Origin: an uncultured Desulfospira sp.
Lineage (GTDB): Bacteria; Desulfobacterota; Desulfobacteria; Desulfobacterales; Desulfobacteraceae
Direction: 5' to 3'
DNA length: 64,000 bases
Assembly (NCBI GenBank): GCA_963663165.1
Contig: OY760175.1
Coordinates: forward strand, 5,536,001-5,600,000
Below are positions 60,134 to 64,000 of the stretch, piece by piece; position 1 is the first letter of the stretch, and each line of letters opens with the position of its first letter. The notes beneath the pieces are model-generated. The model saw only the letters and a program-made list of their open reading frames with translations. It had not been told where the DNA came from and ran no database searches. The position numbers and the translations under genes are program-made.

Positions 60134-61501
60134 TTAGTAGGCCTCAAGGGGCAAATCCAAATAGAGAATTTTGTTATTAGAGGCGTTGCATTTCATGCTC
60201 CAATGATACTGAAATCCATCCTCCGTTGTCATTCGGTCTATCTCTATAGTGTCGGAACTTGCATAGTCATCGGTCATGATGATCTCATCAGGCCATAACC
60301 AAACGGTCACATCTGCGACTGTGGTTGTTTCCTCTAAATCCGAATCGTCGAATTTAAATTTATATATCAACTTGCGCACCCACTTCTCCTGCAGGTCTTC
60401 CCCTTCTTCCGTTAAAATTTTATTGTAAACTATCTGGATTTCTTTTTCGGCAATATTGCCGTTTAGGTCTGTTACGACCACATTTAATAAATTGGTTCCC
60501 AGGTCGAGGGTAATTTCATCAATTTTCCATTCCCATCCCCATTCTTCTGTTGCAACTCCCTGAAGACCATTAGAATTAGCCCAGATTACTTGGTCGATTC
60601 CTATGGCTGTAGGGGTCATTTCTTGTGTTAAGGGATCGACTTCGTCTTCTAGTGAATCAACCGCTTCAGTGGTTGATGCTGTTGTGACTGAATAATCGCT
60701 CTGTGACAATCCCAGGCTATTCGAAGATGTGGATTCCAGAGTGTCTAAACTATCCGTTGTAACCACAGAAACGGTTTGCTGTAAAACTTCAGCAGGCTCA
60801 ACATAGGACGAGCAATCAGTGATTCCAAAATTGCCTGTAAAGGTAATCAAATCATTATCCGACAGCTCCCCGTTATCAAATTTTGTTATAAAGGCGGACA
60901 AATCCAGTCCGTCAATATCTCCGTCAGAATCGAAATCACCGGCACAAAATCCCCAAAAGGCTTTAACCCCGTATGTATCAGAATTGTTGTAATCAAAAAC
61001 GATCCACCCTGTATTTTCACTCCAGGCTTTGCCGGAAAGGATACCCGAATTCGGATCAACGGTCACACCATAATCCACCGACTCACAATCGTCTGTATTC
61101 TCACAGGAGAAGCTTATCCATCCAATGTTTTCACCCCAGGCGTATCCTGATAAAGTTCCGTTTCCGTTATGGACAACGCCGCCATAAGCAGGATTCATTC
61201 TTATCCATCCGACATTCTCCCCCCAGGCATCCCCTGTTAAGTTTGTGGCGGAGAGGGTTATTCCTTCTCCGTAAGACGGATTAAAGTCAATCCACCCGAC
61301 ATTTTCGCCCCAGGCGTATCGATGCCCGTTATCATTAACATCAATATTCCTTGCTGTTCCGGGGGAAACAAACGAAATCAACAGCATAGCGGACAGGAGA
61401 ATTATATGAATTTTCATTTGGCTCATGGGTTTTCTCCGATTTTTGTTAATGGTCAAAGTGTTGCTGTTATCAGCTATTATTTTTCCTTTTAATTCCGACA
61501 A
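60134..61501 (-). CDS. Secreted repeat protein with a dockerin-like motif (start likely ~61426)
   Basis: Signal peptide; four AW(G/S)EN-GWI repeats; GDFDSDGDIDGLDL. Confidence 0.7.
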   Translation of the reverse strand: MSELKGKIIADNSNTLTINKNRRKPMSQMKIHIILLSAMLLISFVSPGTARNIDVNDNGHRYAWGENVGWIDFNPSYGEGITLSATNLTGDAWGENVGWIRMNPAYGGVVHNGNGTLSGYAWGENIGWISFSCENTDDCESVDYGVTVDPNSGILSGKAWSENTGWIVFDYNNSDTYGVKAFWGFCAGDFDSDGDIDGLDLSAFITKFDNGELSDNDLITFTGNFGITDCSSYVEPAEVLQQTVSVVTTDSLDTLESTSSNSLGLSQSDYSVTTASTTEAVDSLEDEVDPLTQEMTPTAIGIDQVIWANSNGLQGVATEEWGWEWKIDEITLDLGTNLLNVVVTDLNGNIAEKEIQIVYNKILTEEGEDLQEKWVRKLIYKFKFDDSDLEETTTVADVTVWLWPDEIIMTDDYASSDTIEIDRMTTEDGFQYHWSMKCNASNNKILYLDLPLEAY

Positions 61502-62189
61502 GGCTTATAAGACCTGCGCAAAGTAGGCAAAATCCCCCAGGCAGTGGGGTCGAAAGATAGCCTGAACATACGGCGATTCCATAGAAATAAACATCAGTTT
61601 GAACATATCCCTGGTATCCCACTCCAAAAGCAAAGGTCCAGGCCGAATCGGTTACATAACCAGACGGTGTCCCCGACCAATATTGATGGCTCGTTAAGTT
61701 TATGAAAGATCCTTTATTTATTAATCCTGATCCATCTTGAGGCGTTGCGTCAGGCCCCATATAAGACAAGTTCCCAAGGGCCGTATGAAACAAGTATCCC
61801 ATCTCACTTGAGGTGATATTGTATCCGCAGGTTGTTGTCCCGTCATAACCATTTTCAAAGGGACCGTCCACGGTTTCGGGCAGTCGCCACTCCCCGGTCC
61901 AGGTCATGGAGAAACCCTGAAAAAACATAATGTTAAGTTCACCGGGTTCGTTTAAACTTTCGGCCCAACTGACCTGGTCCTCATAATTGGTTCGTTCATG
62001 GGTATAATCCAGCCAAGTAATCTGCTGGACATCATCATAAATTAAATTATATGCGCCGGTATTTGAACTTCCATCATTGTAATAGGCCATGCCGATCTGG
62101 ATCAAACTTGCCTGACACAGGCCAACGGCACCTGTAAGGATTAAAACAATCATGACCCCTGTTAGGATATTTTTTTTCATTTTGATCAT
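61470..62189 (-). CDS. Secreted protein with a PEP-CTERM/VPLPA-like tail
   Basis: Signal peptide; WRLP, YWSGT; TPLPGG + TM helix + KRK. Confidence 0.7.
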   Translation of the reverse strand: MIKMKKNILTGVMIVLILTGAVGLCQASLIQIGMAYYNDGSSNTGAYNLIYDDVQQITWLDYTHERTNYEDQVSWAESLNEPGELNIMFFQGFSMTWTGEWRLPETVDGPFENGYDGTTTCGYNITSSEMGYLFHTALGNLSYMGPDATPQDGSGLINKGSFINLTSHQYWSGTPSGYVTDSAWTFAFGVGYQGYVQTDVYFYGIAVCSGYLSTPLPGGFCLLCAGLISLVGIKRKNNS

Positions 62190-62216
62190 GCTCCCGAATT
62201 AAAGGTGAAACTGATT

Positions 62217-62969
62217 TTAATTGCGCACCGGCCAGATGTTCCTGGTTAATGTCTTGGCATTATAAACCTCTTGGCCGTTTCCCAAATTTATAGACCATGC
62301 GTTTTGATCGCTACCTGCTTTTGTTGTACTCGACCAGTAAGAAGAAGACTGAATTTGATTAAATGGTCCTCTTACTTCACTCCATTGTGAAGTCCCTCCA
62401 GTGTCCGGAATACAGGGATTGATATAAGCAATACAAATCAGACTCCCTAGTTCCGTCAGATTGGGAAGACGCCAGGAACCGGCTGCCGATCCGTCCGTCA
62501 GGGTTGTGCCGTTTTCTGAAAGGTCGTTGCATAAAGCCAGGGCTTCAGACCATGTTTTGGCTTCGCTGAAATGGAAGGCATTTTTTAGCCAAATCAATCC
62601 GGTCAAATTATCGGTTACAGTTCCATCGTTGTTATCTGTAAATCGAGGGACTGGCCATGATTTTCCTCTTTGTAAATGCCCGTCATCGTATCTGTCAGCA
62701 AACATTTGAAATTGCCCAGTCTTGGGGACAGGTGCTCCGGCGCAGTTTGACAGGTAAAGCTCATTTGCAAGAGATCCTACATTATTTTTTATCAGTTCAT
62801 TTTGAGTATATATATCACTTAGTGTTCTCATGGTTGAATTCGGTGACTCTGAGGGATTTAAATCGCCAGCAAAGAGTGGCCCAGGTAAAATAAAAACCAA
62901 CAGCAAGAAGCATAAAAATGTTTTGGAGTGTATCATGACATCTCCTTTATGATGAATGAGTTGAAGCAT
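62217..62969 (-). CDS. Lcl C-terminal (DUF1566) protein
   Basis: RFTDNNDGTVTDNLTGLIW, WRLPNLTEL, YWSST, WPVR. Confidence 0.85.
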   Translation of the reverse strand: MLQLIHHKGDVMIHSKTFLCFLLLVFILPGPLFAGDLNPSESPNSTMRTLSDIYTQNELIKNNVGSLANELYLSNCAGAPVPKTGQFQMFADRYDDGHLQRGKSWPVPRFTDNNDGTVTDNLTGLIWLKNAFHFSEAKTWSEALALCNDLSENGTTLTDGSAAGSWRLPNLTELGSLICIAYINPCIPDTGGTSQWSEVRGPFNQIQSSSYWSSTTKAGSDQNAWSINLGNGQEVYNAKTLTRNIWPVRN

Positions 62970-63216
62970 TATTGGTGCCCTCCCCGAACAGGCCAGACAT
63001 AGGCACCGTCATTGGTAGGAACTTTTCTGAAACCATTTATACTCCCTTCAGCCATTTCTACGGCCCAGGCCATATCCGTATTGTTTATGTATGTTGAGTT
63101 TGTCCAATACCAGTCGGATTGAACATTATTGAAGATATTGCCTTCAGCCCATTGCCCGGCCCCGGATTGGTTCGAAATGCACGGGTTTGAGTAATTTAGG
63201 TTTAGAAGGCTTTTTA
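62969..63216 (-). pseudogene. 3' part of a DUF1566 gene interrupted by ISAzo13
   Basis: FNNVQSDWYWTNST...AW...VWPVRGG; upstream frame is IS sequence. Confidence 0.75.
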
Positions 63217-64000
63217 GGGCCTCAGAAAAATTAATATCCACAATTCCATAGTCTGAATTCTGATTTCTATAGACAACATGGAATCGATAGTTTATGGTCA
63301 ACATGGAAGATTACATAAAAATACAGGAGGACCATGTTTGATCATTCTAAGCACAATTTACCCAAAACTATATCGGAATTAACGCCACCACTAAAGGATT
63401 TTCTGAATACCACTCGAAGCAAATTAAAAGGCCATGAACGGCGCCAATTCATGGCACGCGTTGTCTCCCTTATGGGGCACGGCGGACAACTAAAGGCTGA
63501 AAGAGAACTGGGTTGGGATCGGAAAACAATAATCAAAGGGCGACGGGAAATAGAAAGCGGAGTTACCTGTGTTGATAATTTTTCCGGACGAGGCCGGAAA
63601 TCGTGTTTAGAACATTTTCCGAATTTAAAAGAGGACATAACTCGTATTGTAAACCCTATATGTCAGACTGATCCTACATTCCGTACCCAGAATTTATATT
63701 CCCCAATATCTGCGAATGAAGTATTCCGTCGATTAGTTGACGACATGGGATATGACCCTGAGAATATGCCAACAGTACGGACTCTATCCACCATAATGAA
63801 TAAATTGGGTTTTAAACTGAAGAAGGTCGCCAAAGCCAAGGTAAAAAAAAATTCCTGAAACAGACATCATTTTTGAATATGTGCATAGGACAAACCAACT
63901 AGCCGATGAAACAGATGGCGTTTTACGTATCTCAATGGACGCAAAAGCCACTATTAAAATAGGGCCTTATTCCCGAGGCGGATATAGTCGTTGCAATCTT
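63217..64000 (+). mobile_element. ISAzo13-family IS, copy 3 (runs off the window)
   Basis: Matches copies 1 and 2; orfA 63334..63858. Confidence 0.88.

Noticed and set aside
62969..63304. 111-aa ORF (and 42577..42795) starting MLTINYRFH
   Set aside because: The start is the antisense of the ISAzo13 left end, so the ORF is chimeric

Overview
The first ~4 kb is ordinary chromosome: a CBS-domain protein, a DASS transporter, a MarR regulator and EutH. From ~4.1 to ~60.1 kb lies an integron-type gene-cassette array on the minus strand. It has 13 recognisable ~125-130 bp attC sites (one split by an insertion) plus one disrupted terminal site, and each R'' box is complementary to the first bases of its own cassette. 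No IntI integrase is visible in the window. Six of the 13 cassettes are toxin-antitoxin pairs. The array is heavily invaded by mobile DNA: (i) a tyrosine recombinase + IS91-like HUH transposase unit that carries its own attC-like hairpin and sits, as an inverted cassette, exactly in the R'' box of the last attC; (ii) four related group II intron copies (one RT-encoding, two ORF-less, one 5' fragment), all inserted 3-4 nt after an attC GTT in the sense orientation; (iii) an 18-kb nest of DDE transposons, three of which carry primase-type domains; (iv) two RIT elements and two five-gene IS21-like elements that share a two-gene Zn-finger/HTH module and a double-hairpin leader; (v) ISAzo13-, IS701- and DUF4338-type IS copies. 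The last 4 kb holds secreted Lcl/PEP-CTERM-like genes. Protein family calls come from motif recognition only; no database search was run.
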